From Chiloscyllium plagiosum (taxonomy: Eukaryota), in assembly GCF_004010195.1 (NCBI RefSeq), contig NC_057753.1:14790258-14822832 (forward strand): DNA of 32,575 nt, given 5' to 3'. Made by a program: the position numbers and the translations under genes. Of this stretch, positions 10,325 to 21,886 are shown piece by piece (position 1 is the stretch's first letter; every line of letters starts with the position of its first letter). The notes beneath the pieces were generated by a model. It was given only the letters and a program-made list of their open reading frames with translations, ran no database searches and had not been told where the DNA came from.

Positions 10325-11830
10325 TTTGTTCATGCACGGGGCATGGGCTTTGTTGGCTCAGCTAATATTTATTGCCCAACCTGAGCTGATTCTCAAGAAA
10401 GGGGAGGTGAACTGCCTTCCTGAGACGCTGCAAGCCATTTTGTGTTAGGGAGGGAATTCCAAGAGTTTGATGCAGCCACACAAAAGGAACGGCCTATGTA
10501 TTTCCAAGTCGGGGTGGTGAGTGGTTTGGAGGGGGGATCTTGCAGGGGTTGGTTTTCCCATGTGTCTGCTGCCCTTGTCCTCCAAGATGGAAGGGGCCGT
10601 GGGTTTGGAAGGTGCTGCCTGAGGACCTTTGGTGAGTTTCTGCAATCCATCTTATCGGTGGTACACACTCCTGTGACTGAACATTGGTGGTGGAGGGAAT
10701 GAATGTTTTGGCGGTGCTGCCCAATCAAGCAGGGGCTACCTTTGTCCTGGATGGTGTCGAGCTTCACAAGTGTTGTTAGAGGTGCACTCATCCAGGGCAA
10801 GTATTCCCTCACACTCCTGACTTGTACCTTGTCGATGGTGGGACATGCTTTGGGGAGTTAGGAGGATGTTAATATCATTGAGTGTCAAGAGACAATGTTA
10901 TTGGAAATGGTCATTGCCTGGCATTTGCATGGTGTGAATGTTACCTGCCCCTTCTCAGCCCAAGGCTGGGTATTGTCCAGATCTTGCTGCATTTGGACAC
11001 GGACTGCTTCAGTATCTGAGAAGTGGCAAAAGGGGCTGAATGTTGTACAGTCATCAGCGAGCGTCCCCACGTCTGACCACCCGATGGAGGAGGGTCATTG
11101 TTGGAGCAACAGAAGATGGTTGGGGCGAGGACACGACCCTGAGGAAGTCCTGCAGACATGTCCTGGAGCGGAGATGACTGATCTCCAACAACCACGGCCA
11201 TCTTCCAATGTGCCAGGTTAGACTTCTACCAGCAGAGTGTGCCCCGACACCCACTGCTTCCAGCTTTACTCAGGCTCCGTGATGCTCCCCTCAGTCGAAT
11301 GCGATCTTGATGCCATGGGGCTGTCCCTCTCCCCTCGCCTCCGAAGTTCAGCCTCTGTCCGTGTTTGAACCAAAGCTGGAATGCAAGTCAGGAGCCGAGT
11401 GGCCCTGGCGGGACCCAAACTGGGCGCCCCTGAGCAGGTTATTGCTGAGCAGATGCTGCTTGATAGCACAGTCGATGATACTTTCCATCACTTTACTGAT
11501 GACCAAGGGTAGACTGATGGGGCTGGGTTGAATTTGTCCTGCTTTTTTGTTTCGGGTACAGGATATACCTGGGCAGTTTTGCACATTGTGGGGTCGATAG
11601 ATGCCAGTGTTGTGACTGTACTGGAACACCTTGGCTAGGGGGAGCGGCAAGCTCTGGAGCACAAGCCTTCAGTACTATTGCTGGAATGTTGTCAGGGACC
11701 ATAGCCTTTGCAGTATCCAATGCCTCCAAACATTTCTTGATATCAGGTGGATTGAATGGAATTGGCTGAAGACTGGCATCTGTGATGCAGGGGACCGCTG
11801 GAGGAGGCTGAGAGGGATCATCCACTGCGG
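10325..11830 (-). mobile_element. L2/CR1-group LINE, RT to 3' end (degenerate)
   Basis: Minus ORFs: LDTAKAMVPDNIPAIVLKACAPELAAP, PISLPLVISKVMESII...QFGSRQGHSAPDL, GLPQGRVLAPTIF, LADDCTTFS (YADD-equivalent). Confidence 0.88.
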
Positions 11831-11834
11831 AGAT

Positions 11835-12910
11835 TATCAGAAAATCCCCAGAGGATTTGAAAAGTGTGACTGTAATGGTCTTACTTAAAAAGGGAGGGAG
11901 ATGAAGGGAAAACGTTGGAGTCTATTATAAAGGATGTAATAGCAGAGTATTTAAAAATATAGAGAGTCAGCGTAGTTTCATGAAGGGGAAGTCATTCCTG
12001 ACAAATTTCCTGGAATTCTTTTGAGATCAGATGCAGGATGAATGAAGAGGATATTTATAAATTTTGATTTCCAGAAGGCACTTGATAAGGTACCACATGT
12101 TAGGCTAGGTATTAACATAAGAGCATCTGGTGTCAGAGGGAGCATGTTAGCCTGGAGAGAGAATTGGCTCACTAATAAAAGACAGAGAAATAGGATAAGC
12201 TGGTCTAGGAACCAGAGCGGCATCATCTGAGAATCAGGGGTCGCCCGTTGATGACAGAGACAGGAAGGAATTTCTTCACTCTCCAAGGAAGTGAACCTGT
12301 GGGATTCGTTGCTGCAGAGTGCTGTCGAGGCTGGGTCATCAAGTTTATTCAAGGCTGAGACAGACAGAGGGAGAGAGAGGGAGAGAGAGAAGGGTAACCA
12401 AGTCAGGAAAGTGGAGTTGACGATGATCACATCAGCCGTGATTTCATCAAATGTTGGAGAGCTCTGTGTTGTTTTGATTACCACGCGAGAGGATGGATGG
12501 GATTGCACTGGAGAGGATGCAGAGATTCACCAGGAAGTTGCCTGGGCAGGAATGTTTGAGCTGTGTAGGGAGTCTGGATAGGCTGGGAGTTGTTTTCCTT
12601 CAAGCAGAATAGGTGCGGGGGTGGAATATCTGTTTGAGATGCACAAAATGAGCACAGTGAGGAAGAAATGATTCCCATTAGTAGAGGGGTTAGTAAACAG
12701 AGGGGCACGGTTGTAGGGTAAGGTACAGGAAGAAATATCTCACTCGGGGTAGTGGGTATCTGGAAGGGAACCTTAAGTCATTTAACAGGTTGTGTGAAGT
12801 GCCAGAGCGTACAAGGCTACAGGGCGAGGCTGGAGAATGGAGAGACATTTGATGACCATTACAGACATGATGGACCAAAAGACATCTTTATTTGAGCTAT
12901 TAAAGACCAA
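11835..12910 (+). mobile_element. Stacked CR1 LINE fragments
   Basis: FDFQKALDKVPHVRL...WRENWLTNKRQR (RT), NLWDSLLQSAVEAGSSSLFKAETDR (C-terminus), and a second 3' piece at ~12470-12900. Confidence 0.8.
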
Positions 12911-13139
12911 TGACTGTTATAGGGAGAGACTGGAGAAGGTAAAGAAGGGGATGGCAATGAGAAGACATATTCTCAAAGTCACAAGGGGACAGGGCAGGCC
13001 GGGAGAAACTATTCCCCATCATAAAAGGATGAAGAACGAGAGGGCCCTAATTTGGAGGAATTTGCAGGAGTAAGTGCAAGACATTGTAGAAATCTTCTTA
13101 CACAGCACGTGGTTAGGCTCTGCAGCACAGCATAGTCTA

Positions 13140-13245
13140 AGAAGCAGTTCAGATGAGGAATCACTGGGCTTGAAACATTATCTTTGCTTTCTCCCCACAG
13201 ATACAGTCAGAACTGCTAAGTTTCACCAACAATTTCTGTTTCCAT
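13140..13245 (+). mobile_element. Penelope pLTR remnant with degenerate hammerhead core
   Basis: CAGATGA-G-gaatcactgggctt-GAAACATT at 13150-13179, followed by tail ttctccccacagatacagtcagaactgctaagtttcaccaacaatttctg. Confidence 0.55.
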
Positions 13246-13545
13246 TCAGGAGAGACGTTAGGAAGCACTTCGACACACAAGGATAATGGATGTTTGGAAC
13301 TACCTTCTGCAAAAGGCACTGGGTGCTGGATTAGTTGTGAATTTTAATCTGAATAGATTTTATTTTGGTTGAGCGAAGGTATTTAGGGAAATGGGCCAAA
13401 GGCCTGGTATTATGGAGTTAGGCAGCTTCCATCTTGTAGGATGAGGGCAGCCGATACATGGGACCACCACCCCCCTGCAAGTTCCCATCCGAGCCCCACA
13501 CCATCCCGACTTGGAACTATATCGCCATTCCTTCACCGTCACTGA
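13246..13545 (+). mobile_element. CR1 3' fragment followed by L2-like 3' fragment
   Basis: aggagagacgttaggaagcacttc... (CR1). 13425-13545 is the inverse of 10490-10590 (L2-like). Confidence 0.65.
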
Positions 13546-13564
13546 TTGAGTGATTGTCACAAGG

Positions 13565-13669
13565 GGAGGGAGAGTCAAAAAGGGTGGTGCTGGAAAAGCA
13601 CAGCAGGTCAGGCACCATCCATGGAGCAGGAGAGTTGATGTTTCGGGCATAAGCCCGTCATCGGGAATA
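13565..13669 (-). mobile_element. Short Penelope-derived element with hammerhead-like core
   Basis: Same family as 1654-1808; near-perfect 12-bp TSD attgtcacaagg (13553-13564) / attgtaacaagg (13670-13681). Confidence 0.8.
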
Positions 13670-13671
13670 AT

Positions 13672-13896
13672 TGTAACAAGGAGTCAGCCAGCTGGACCTC
13701 ATAGACTACGAGTTGCCTGGTGGACCAGATCAACATCCCAATCAGGGAGATCTGGCTGACATAAAAGGATAAAAAGCGGGAATATTGATCCCCTGAATGC
13801 TTGACTCAGTGAGAGGCGATGTTATTGTCAAAGGTTATGCATTTGTAAATAAAGGTTGATTGGTGATGGGATGCCAGCCTCTGAAGAGTTATTACA
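13672..13896 (+). mobile_element. 5' LTR of a Gypsy/Ty3 retrotransposon
   Basis: TGTAA...TTACA termini, internal AATAAA (~13848), immediately followed by PBS-like gTGGCAACAAG and gag. Confidence 0.8.
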
Positions 13897-13981
13897 GTGG
13901 CAACAAGAGTAAAGCACGATCCTGAAGAGACTTTCTCACAGCAGTCGTTTTGAAGTTGGGTGTAAGCATTTTCCCTACATC

Positions 13982-14850
13982 ATGCCTCTGTTAGGGAAAC
14001 TTGACTCATTCAACGCTGCCATCAGGGACTGTGCCCATTATGAGGAAAAAATGCATTATTTTTACTGGGCAAATGAAAAACAAGTAATTCTCCTGACAGC
14101 CTGTGGAGCTGCAGCCTTTTCTGTTATTAGGAGCCTCCCTTTTCCTGAGACACCAGATACTAAAACATTTCAAACATTGATTGACACAGTTGAGGAATAT
14201 TATGAACCCAAGCGTCCTTCAGTTCTGAGACACTATCATTTTTACTCGGCAATTTGAGAATGAGGAGAGTCCGTATCAGGATTTGTGATGAGGTTAAGTT
14301 GCGAATTTGATTTAACCCTTAATGAGATGCTTCAAGACTGTCTAGTGTGTGAGATCAATGATGTGACTAGGTAAAAATGCCTACTTACTGCAGCTCAGCT
14401 GGACTTCAAATAAGTGCTACAACTGGCTTTATGGTGGGAAAATGGAGCATGTGAGTTGCAAGGTATTCTGATGGAAATGGACACCTCCTCACCAATCTGC
14501 CTGAGCTCAGGGAACACCACTTGAGTACAAGCAAGTATCCTGATCAGAGGGATTCCAGGTTGGCCCACAGTCTCAGCCAGTTACAACTTTCTTCAGAATC
14601 CTGCCTGGAAATATGTTGTAATTGTTGATATGTGGATTCTGGACAGCAACGGAGCCCTTAAATAGAGAAAGATAACTCATAGGCTGATAGCCAGGAGAGT
14701 TCAAAATAAATGTCTGGTTAAATGGTCTCCTGGTTGAAATGGAGGCCAATATTGGCTGTAATGCTGATCATAGAACCAGTTTTTAATAAAATTTTCTCTG
14801 GACTTCAGCCCTTAAGTATTGTCTAACTTCCCTGGTACAGGTTTTTATCC
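13982..14850 (+). pseudogene. Decayed Gypsy gag(-protease) region
   Basis: MPLLGKLDSFN...KQVILLTACGAAAFSVIRSLPFPETPDTKTFQTLIDTVEEYYEPK is a typical Gypsy gag N-terminus; stops and frameshifts downstream; 3' boundary approximate. Confidence 0.75.
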
Positions 14851-14859
14851 TAGCTGAAG

Positions 14860-15190
14860 TCTTAATAGCCTGGACAGAGTGGATAATGGGAAGATGTCAT
14901 TGGCAGGAGAGATGAGGACCTGAGGGAACATCCTTAGACTAAAGACAAGACCCTTCAGAACGGAGATAAAGAGAAACTTCTTCAGTGGTGAATGTTGAAT
15001 TCATTGCCAGGCTGTGGAGGCCAGGTCACTGGGTATGTCTAAAACAGAGATCAATAAGTTCTTGATGGGTCAAGAGGATCAAAGGCTACGGTGAGAAAGT
15101 GGGAAAATGGGGTTGAAGACCCTGTCAGCCGGGATCAAACGGTGGAGGAGATTTGATGGGCCGAATGGCCTAACCTCTGCCCAGATGCCT
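14860..15190 (+). mobile_element. CR1 LINE 3' end
   Basis: ggacagagtggat...agaaacttcttcag...gatgggccgaatggcctaacctctgctcc-like tail. Confidence 0.75.
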
Positions 15191-15690
15191 NNNNNNNNNN
15201 NNNNNNNNNNNNNNNNNNNNNNNNNNNNNNNNNNNNNNNNNNNNNNNNNNNNNNNNNNNNNNNNNNNNNNNNNNNNNNNNNNNNNNNNNNNNNNNNNNNN
15301 NNNNNNNNNNNNNNNNNNNNNNNNNNNNNNNNNNNNNNNNNNNNNNNNNNNNNNNNNNNNNNNNNNNNNNNNNNNNNNNNNNNNNNNNNNNNNNNNNNNN
15401 NNNNNNNNNNNNNNNNNNNNNNNNNNNNNNNNNNNNNNNNNNNNNNNNNNNNNNNNNNNNNNNNNNNNNNNNNNNNNNNNNNNNNNNNNNNNNNNNNNNN
15501 NNNNNNNNNNNNNNNNNNNNNNNNNNNNNNNNNNNNNNNNNNNNNNNNNNNNNNNNNNNNNNNNNNNNNNNNNNNNNNNNNNNNNNNNNNNNNNNNNNNN
15601 NNNNNNNNNNNNNNNNNNNNNNNNNNNNNNNNNNNNNNNNNNNNNNNNNNNNNNNNNNNNNNNNNNNNNNNNNNNNNNNNNNNNNNNNNN
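15191..15690. other. Assembly gap (N run)
   Basis: 500 N. Confidence 1.
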
Positions 15691-15907
15691 CAGGTTGAGG
15701 TGGATTGGCGTTGCTAAATTTCCCATAGTGCCCAGGGATGTGCAGGTTGAGGTGGATTGGCCGTGCTAAATTACCCATAGTGCCTAGGGATGTGCAGGTT
15801 GAGGTGGATTGGCCGTGCTAAATTACCCATAGTGCCCAGAGATGTGTAGGTTAGGGTGGATTGGCCGTGCTAAATTACCCATAGTGCCCAGGGATGTGCA
15901 GGTTTTT

Positions 15908-16135
15908 TTAGATTAGATTAGATTAGATTAGATTACTTACAGTGTGGAAACAGGCCCTTCGGCCCAACAAGTCCACACCGACCCGCCGAAGCGTAACCCA
16001 CCCATACCCCTACATTTACCCCTTTACCTAACACTACGGGCAATTTAACATGGCCAATTCACCTGACTTGCACATCTTTGGACTGTGGGAGGAAACCGGA
16101 GCCCCCGGAGGAAACCCACGCAGACACGGGGAGAA
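15908..16135 (-). mobile_element. HE1-type V-SINE inserted into the 52-bp array (5' part lost in gap)
   Basis: (gatta)n tail; near-identical to 7200-7390. Confidence 0.92.
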
Positions 16136-16573
16136 NNNNNNNNNNNNNNNNNNNNNNNNNNNNNNNNNNNNNNNNNNNNNNNNNNNNNNNNNNNNNNNNN
16201 NNNNNNNNNNNNNNNNNNNNNNNNNNNNNNNNNNNNNNNNNNNNNNNNNNNNNNNNNNNNNNNNNNNNNNNNNNNNNNNNNNNNNNNNNNNNNNNNNNNN
16301 NNNNNNNNNNNNNNNNNNNNNNNNNNNNNNNNNNNNNNNNNNNNNNNNNNNNNNNNNNNNNNNNNNNNNNNNNNNNNNNNNNNNNNNNNNNNNNNNNNNN
16401 NNNNNNNNNNNNNNNNNNNNNNNNNNNNNNNNNNNNNNNNNNNNNNNNNNNNNNNNNNNNNNNNNNNNNNNNNNNNNNNNNNNNNNNNNNNNNNNNNNNN
16501 NNNNNNNNNNNNNNNNNNNNNNNNNNNNNNNNNNNNNNNNNNNNNNNNNNNNNNNNNNNNNNNNNNNNNNNNN
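16136..16573. other. Assembly gap (N run)
   Basis: 438 N. Confidence 1.
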
Positions 16574-17014
16574 TGCAGGTTGAGGTGGATTGGCCGTGCT
16601 AAATTGCCCATAGTGCCCAGGGATGTGCAGGTTAGGGTGGATTGGCCGTGCTAAATTACCCATAGTGCCCAGGGATGTGCAGGTTAGGGTGGACTGGCCG
16701 TGCTAAATTACCCATAGTGCCCAGGGATGTATCTGTTAGGGTGGATTGGCCGTGCTAAATTACCCATCGTGCCCAGGGATGTGCAGGTTGAGGTGGATTG
16801 GCCGTGCTAAATTACCCATAGTGCCCAGGGATGTCCAGGTTAGGGTGGATTGGCCGTGCTAAATTACCCATAGTGCATTAGTCAGTTGTAAATGTCGGGG
16901 AATGGGACAGGGTGGGTTGCTCTTCGGAGGGTCAGTGTGGACTTGTTGGACCGAAGGGACTGTTTCCACACTGTAGGGAATCTTAAAAAAAAGTTAACTG
17001 GGGTATCCTTTGTT

Positions 17015-17265
17015 TTGTTATGAGACTGTGCCCTCCCCCCCCCTTCCGCCCCAGTCCTAGACTCTCCCACGAGGGGGAAACATCCTCTCAACATTTTCCT
17101 CCAGTCAAGCCCCTCCAGAATCTGATATCTTTCAATGAGATCACCCCCTCATTTTTCAAAACTCCAGCGAGGAGCGTCCCAATCTGTCCAGCCTTCGCTC
17201 ATAAGGCAACCCCTCCGCGCCCAGGATAGTCTGAGTGACCCTTCTCAGCACCGCCTGCCTTGAAA
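17015..17265 (-). mobile_element. CR1 LINE fragment
   Basis: Minus translations GLPYERRLDRLGRSSLEF and GCFPLVGESRT. Confidence 0.75.
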
Positions 17266-18225
17266 TAGTGTGTTTTCTGAAATGAGAGATGGGGTGGGGG
17301 GGGGAACCAAAACCGCTGGCAGTATTCCGGCCGCGGTTTCCCCAGCAACCTTGGGCAGCTGCGGTACGACCTCTGGGCCCTTCCCCTCTTGAAATAGGGG
17401 CCAACGCTCCATTAGCCCCTTCCTAATTCCCTGCAGCCGCTGCGCGCTGGCTGCCTGTGGTTCGGAGCCGTCCGGCTCCCCCCCTCGCATGCCTCAGTCG
17501 AACCCTCGAGAAATGTGAGGGAAAGGCTCTTCTTGTCTCGTGTTGACATTCTTGGTTCGGCCGATTACCGTGAACCTGCGCAATTTCCACTGCCCTCCCC
17601 CTCCCCAACTCCATCCAGACCCCTCTTGTTTCGGATCCAATCCAGCTCCTCTCGACTCGCACATCTGAGGGAACGCCACCTGGATTTGTCTCACTCCCAG
17701 CTCCTCCTGCACCTGAACATGCCCCTCCTCCAGCTCCCTCTTCCCCCTCCCAGTTCCCTCCTCCTTCTCCTCCTGTCTTTCCTGCTCAGCCCCGCTCTGC
17801 CCTCCCTGGTGCCTGGGTTGGTGCGAGGGGGTGTCCCGGGAGGGTGAGGTGGACAGTCAGGCGCTGAGATCCGCACTCTCCCATTCCTGGGAATCCTCCC
17901 TCATCCAGCACCGCCTGGGGGAACCAGCACGTCTCCGGGCCTGATGGTTTTGTCCCCCCCACACACACACACCCCCCCAACCCCCCTCTCTCTCCGTCTC
18001 CTCCTCTGTCGGATTGGGTGGCTCAGAGGGAATGGTCATCGGGTTGACGTTGCGCCGTGCCGAGGTCTGAGCCGGTGTGGAGCGAGGGACGGGAACGGGA
18101 GAGTGCAGCAGAACCCCTCCGATTCCGCCACCCCACCCCCCCCCCCCCCCGTTGACTGTACAATAATGAAGGACTGCCACGTCGTTTCTCCATCCCGCCC
18201 TGTCGGCTCTGCTTCTGCCTTTCAG

Positions 18226-18323
18226 ATTCCGACTCTGAGGAAGAAGACGGCACCGACCTGCGGTCCCGAGGTGCCATTGTGCCCGATGGCATGCTGCTGA
18301 CGTTTGAGCAGAGAGACGCCTGA
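18226..18323 (+). CDS. Candidate terminal coding exon of an unidentified gene: (D)SDSEEEDGTDLRSRGAIVPDGMLLTFEQRDA*
   Basis: Strong acceptor ctctgcttctgcctttcAG (AG at 18224-18225); phase-1 frame open to TGA 18321-18323; GC3-rich codons; GATAAA at 18463 followed by a GU-rich tract. Confidence 0.45.
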
Positions 18324-18595
18324 AGATTCAGGCCGCGTTCCCCATTCCCCCTCATCCCCTTTCCCTCCCTCCTTCCCTGCCCGACCCCAAGAGCCACTCC
18401 CAACCCCTGCCCGTTATAATACCGTATGGACATTGTGCTATGCAAGCAACTTGTTTTCTTTGGATAAAATGCCTCACAGATTTCGTGGGAGCTTCCTCTC
18501 GTGTAAGGTGTTTCTGTTCTTGTCGCACATAGAAAGTTCACGTTTGTGTGTCTGCGTGGGTGTGAGAGAGACTGCGCCTGGGTGTGTGTGAACAT

Positions 18596-20600
18596 GAATG
18601 TCCATTTGTCTGTCTGTGTACGTCATCGTGTGCATGTGTCTATCTGTGCACGTCATCGTGTGCATGTGTCTGTCTGTGTATATGTCACCGTGTGCGTGTC
18701 TATCTGTGCACGTCATCGTGTGCATGTGTCTATCTGTGTATATGTCACCATGTACATGTGTCTGTCTATGTCATTGTGTGCGTGTATCTATCTGTGTACG
18801 TCACCGTGTGCATGTGTCTGTCTGTCTGTGTACGTGTCACCATGTACATGTGTCTATCTGTGTACGTCTCTGTGTGCGTGTCTATCTGTGCACATGTCAC
18901 CGTGTACATGTGTCTGTGTACGTCACTGTGTGCGTGTATCTATCTATGTACGTCACCGTGTGCATGTGTCTGTCTGTGTACATGTCACCGTGTGCATGTG
19001 TCTGTGTACATGTCACCGTGTACATGTGTCTGTCTGTACGTCACTGTGTGCGTGTGTCTATCTATGTACATTACCTTGTGCGTGTGTCTATCTGTGTACA
19101 TCTCTGTGTGCGTGTCTATCTGTGTACGTCACCGTGTGCGTGTGTCTATCTGTGTACATCTCTGTGTGCGTGTGTCCATCTGTGCACGTCACCGTGTGCA
19201 TGTGTCTGTCTGTGTACATGTCAACGTGTACATGTGTCTGTTTGTCACTGTGTGCGTGTGTCTGTGTACATGTCACCATGTGCATGTGTCTGTCTGTGTA
19301 CATGTCACCGTGTACATGTGTCTGTCTGTGTACGTCACTGTGTGCGTGTGTCTGTGGACATGTCACCGTGTACATGTGTCTGTGTACGTCACTGTGTGCA
19401 TGTGTCTGTGTACATGTCACATGTGCATGTGTCTGTGGATGTGTGCATGTGTCTATCTGTGTACATGTCACAGTGTGCATGTGTCTGTGTACATGTCACC
19501 GTGTACATGTGTCTGTCTGTGTACGTCACTGTGTGCGTGTCTGTGTACATGTCACCATGTGCATGTGTCTATCTGTGTACATGTCACAGTGTGCATGTGT
19601 CTGTGTACATGTCATCGTGTGCATGTGTCTGTCTGTGTACATGTCATCGTGTGCATGTATCTGTCTGTGTACATGTCATCTTGTGCATATGTCTGTGGAT
19701 GTGTGCATGTGTCTATCTGTGTACATGTCACAGTGTGCATGTGTCTGTGTACATGTCATCGTGTGCATGTGTCTGTCTGTGTACATGTCATCGTGCGCAT
19801 GTTTCTGTGTGCATGTGTCTGTGTACATGTCACAGTGTGCATGTGTCTGGGTACATGTCAACGTGTGCATGTGTCTGTCTGTGTACATGTCATCTTGTGC
19901 ATGTGTCTGTGGATGTGTGCATGTGTCTATCTGTGTACATGTCACAGTGTGCATGTGTCTGTGTACATGTCATTGTGTGCATGTGCCTGGATGTGTGCAT
20001 GTCTTCGTGTGCATGTGTCTGTCTGTGTATATGTCATCTTGTGCACGTGTCTGTGGATGTGTGCATGTATCTATCTGTGTACATGTCACAATGTGCATGT
20101 GTCTGTGTACATGTCATCATGTGCATGTGTCTGTCTGTGTACATGTCATCATGCGCATGTGTCTGGATGTGTGCATGTGTCTGTGTACATGTCATTGTGC
20201 GCATGTGTCTGTGTACATGTCATTGTGCGCATGTGTCTGTGGATGTGTGCATGTGCCTGCATTTGCACGAGGGAGAATATCATGTATCTATGTGCATGTG
20301 TGTGTGTGTATGTACGTGCATGTGTGTTTGTACTTGCACCCATGTGAGAGAATCATGCCTGTGTGTTTGTGTGGGTGATTGTGTGTGGGGGGGGGGGGGG
20401 GGAGAGGGTGTGTGTATGTGTGCATGTATGTGACAGTAAGTCTGTGCAGGTGCATATGCGTGTATGAGTGCATCTGTGCGTGTGCACATGTGTATTTATG
20501 TGGGTGCATGTGAGTGTGTATTTATGTGTACACGTGTGAGGGTGTCAAGATGGGTGTGTTTGTGTCTGTGAGAGTTTGCATTTATATATATGTGTGTGTG
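18596..20600. repeat. GT/CATG-rich minisatellite (~28-32-bp unit) grading into (GT)n low complexity
   Basis: Unit like gtgtgcatgtgtctgtctgtgtacatgtcatc repeated to ~20260. Confidence 0.97.
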
Positions 20601-21765
20601 TGTCTTTTTTTTCCTGTTTTTTTATTGAAAAAGATTTTTATTTTTTACAAAATTATAAAATTACAAAACAAAGTATAACAATCTTAGGGTATAACAATAA
20701 ACAACCTAGTATTCGACTTTACAAATCAAAAGAACAATCTTCCCACACTACAATTCAATCAATAATTCGACATAATGAGTTAAATTAGGTTTAATTGAGC
20801 TCAACTAACTTAACTTACACCACTCAGCGCCATCCCACCGAAGCTCCCTTCATCGGGAGCATCAGTTAACACAGCCAGAGTGATTTGGGTTTCTTCCCCT
20901 CAGGCCTGCCAAATCCAGTCTTCGTGAGTATATAAAGGCCCGAAGCAGTGTGGCTGACAGATCTGTGTCTGTGTGATTCAGAAAGGGCCCCCCGCCATGT
21001 CTTCTAAAAACAACCTCCGTTTTCTGGTGCACCACGCTTGTAAGGAAGTCTGAGGGAACGTGCTCCGTCACTAACCTACCCCCCCCCCCATAAGGGCGGG
21101 TGTGGGGAGGGAGTTCCCGAGATCCAGCTCGTCAGAGTGCTCCTCCTTCGCTCAGTATGGGAGAGTTCCCAAGCTCACCTAGAGAAGGCAGTTTTCGGTC
21201 ATCCCAAAAGGTGGGATACAGGATCTGCTTAACCTCAGTCCCCGAGATCCCCTCCAACACCTTCGCTGTGGCGCACCAATCCCCACGAATCTTGTGGCAT
21301 GCCCACAAGCAAGGTGTGAGAGTACCGATGTCTGTTTTGCATTCAGGGCACTTTGGACAGGTTCCTTTATGAGATGTCACCCGCCACTCTGGGGCCAGGT
21401 GGGCCCTATGGGGAACCTTTAGTTGCACAGCCTGCATTTTACTACACGTCGAAACCTTTTTTCACATTCCCCCAGATATCCTCCCATGCTCCTGACGAGA
21501 CCTCGGCCCCCCCAATTCCTGAATCCAGACTCTGTCAGGCCTTTCCATATCTTCTGAGGCACCCCCTCCCTGCAGATGATAGAGGGGACTAATCGAGAGA
21601 GTACCTGTGGATCGAAGCACTCTCCTCTCCATATTGGCCTTAGAGGACTGACCCAGCAGCAGCATGGTCCTTCTCTGTGTACGGTCTCTGATCTGAAAAT
21701 AGCGGAAGAGCTCCTTCCTGGATACCCTGTATTTATGACTCAAACTGATCAAACGGCAGAGGTGA

Positions 21766-21886
21766 ACGTGAGGACTGCAGACGCTGGAGATCAGAGTCAA
21801 GATTGGAGTGGTGCTGTGAAAGCACAGGCAGCATCCGAGAGGCAGGAAAAATCGATGTTTCGGGCAAAAGCCCTTCAGCGGGAATG
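21766..21886 (-). mobile_element. Short Penelope-derived element nested in L1
   Basis: gtgaggactgcagacgctggagatcagagtc...gatgtttcgggcaaaagcccttcagcggg; same family as 13565-13669. Confidence 0.8.

Larger units (their letters stand above)
15691..16876 (+). repeat. 52-bp tandem repeat derived from the V-SINE body (interrupted by a SINE and a gap)
   Basis: Unit gtgcaggttagggtggattggccgtgctaaattacccatagtgcccagggat (caggttgagg at 15691 and 15743); about 4 copies at 15691-15903 and about 6 at 16574-16876; then runs into a SINE tail to ~16983. Confidence 0.92.

Noticed and set aside
15079..16663. Long ORFs full of X
   Set aside because: Artefacts of N gaps.
15691..16876. Common origin of the SINE-derived 52-bp unit and the ~52-bp promoter unit at 31400-32100
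   Set aside because: They share only CCAAT and acggcc; the rest does not align.
17245..18180. Selenoprotein or readthrough interpretation of the minus frame with two in-frame TGA
   Set aside because: No ATG start, recognisable domain or SECIS is visible; long frames are expected at this GC content.
18546..20433. Three 587-611-aa Cys/Val/His-rich ORFs
   Set aside because: All three frames are open only because the GT/CATG repeat lacks stop codons; there is no domain structure.
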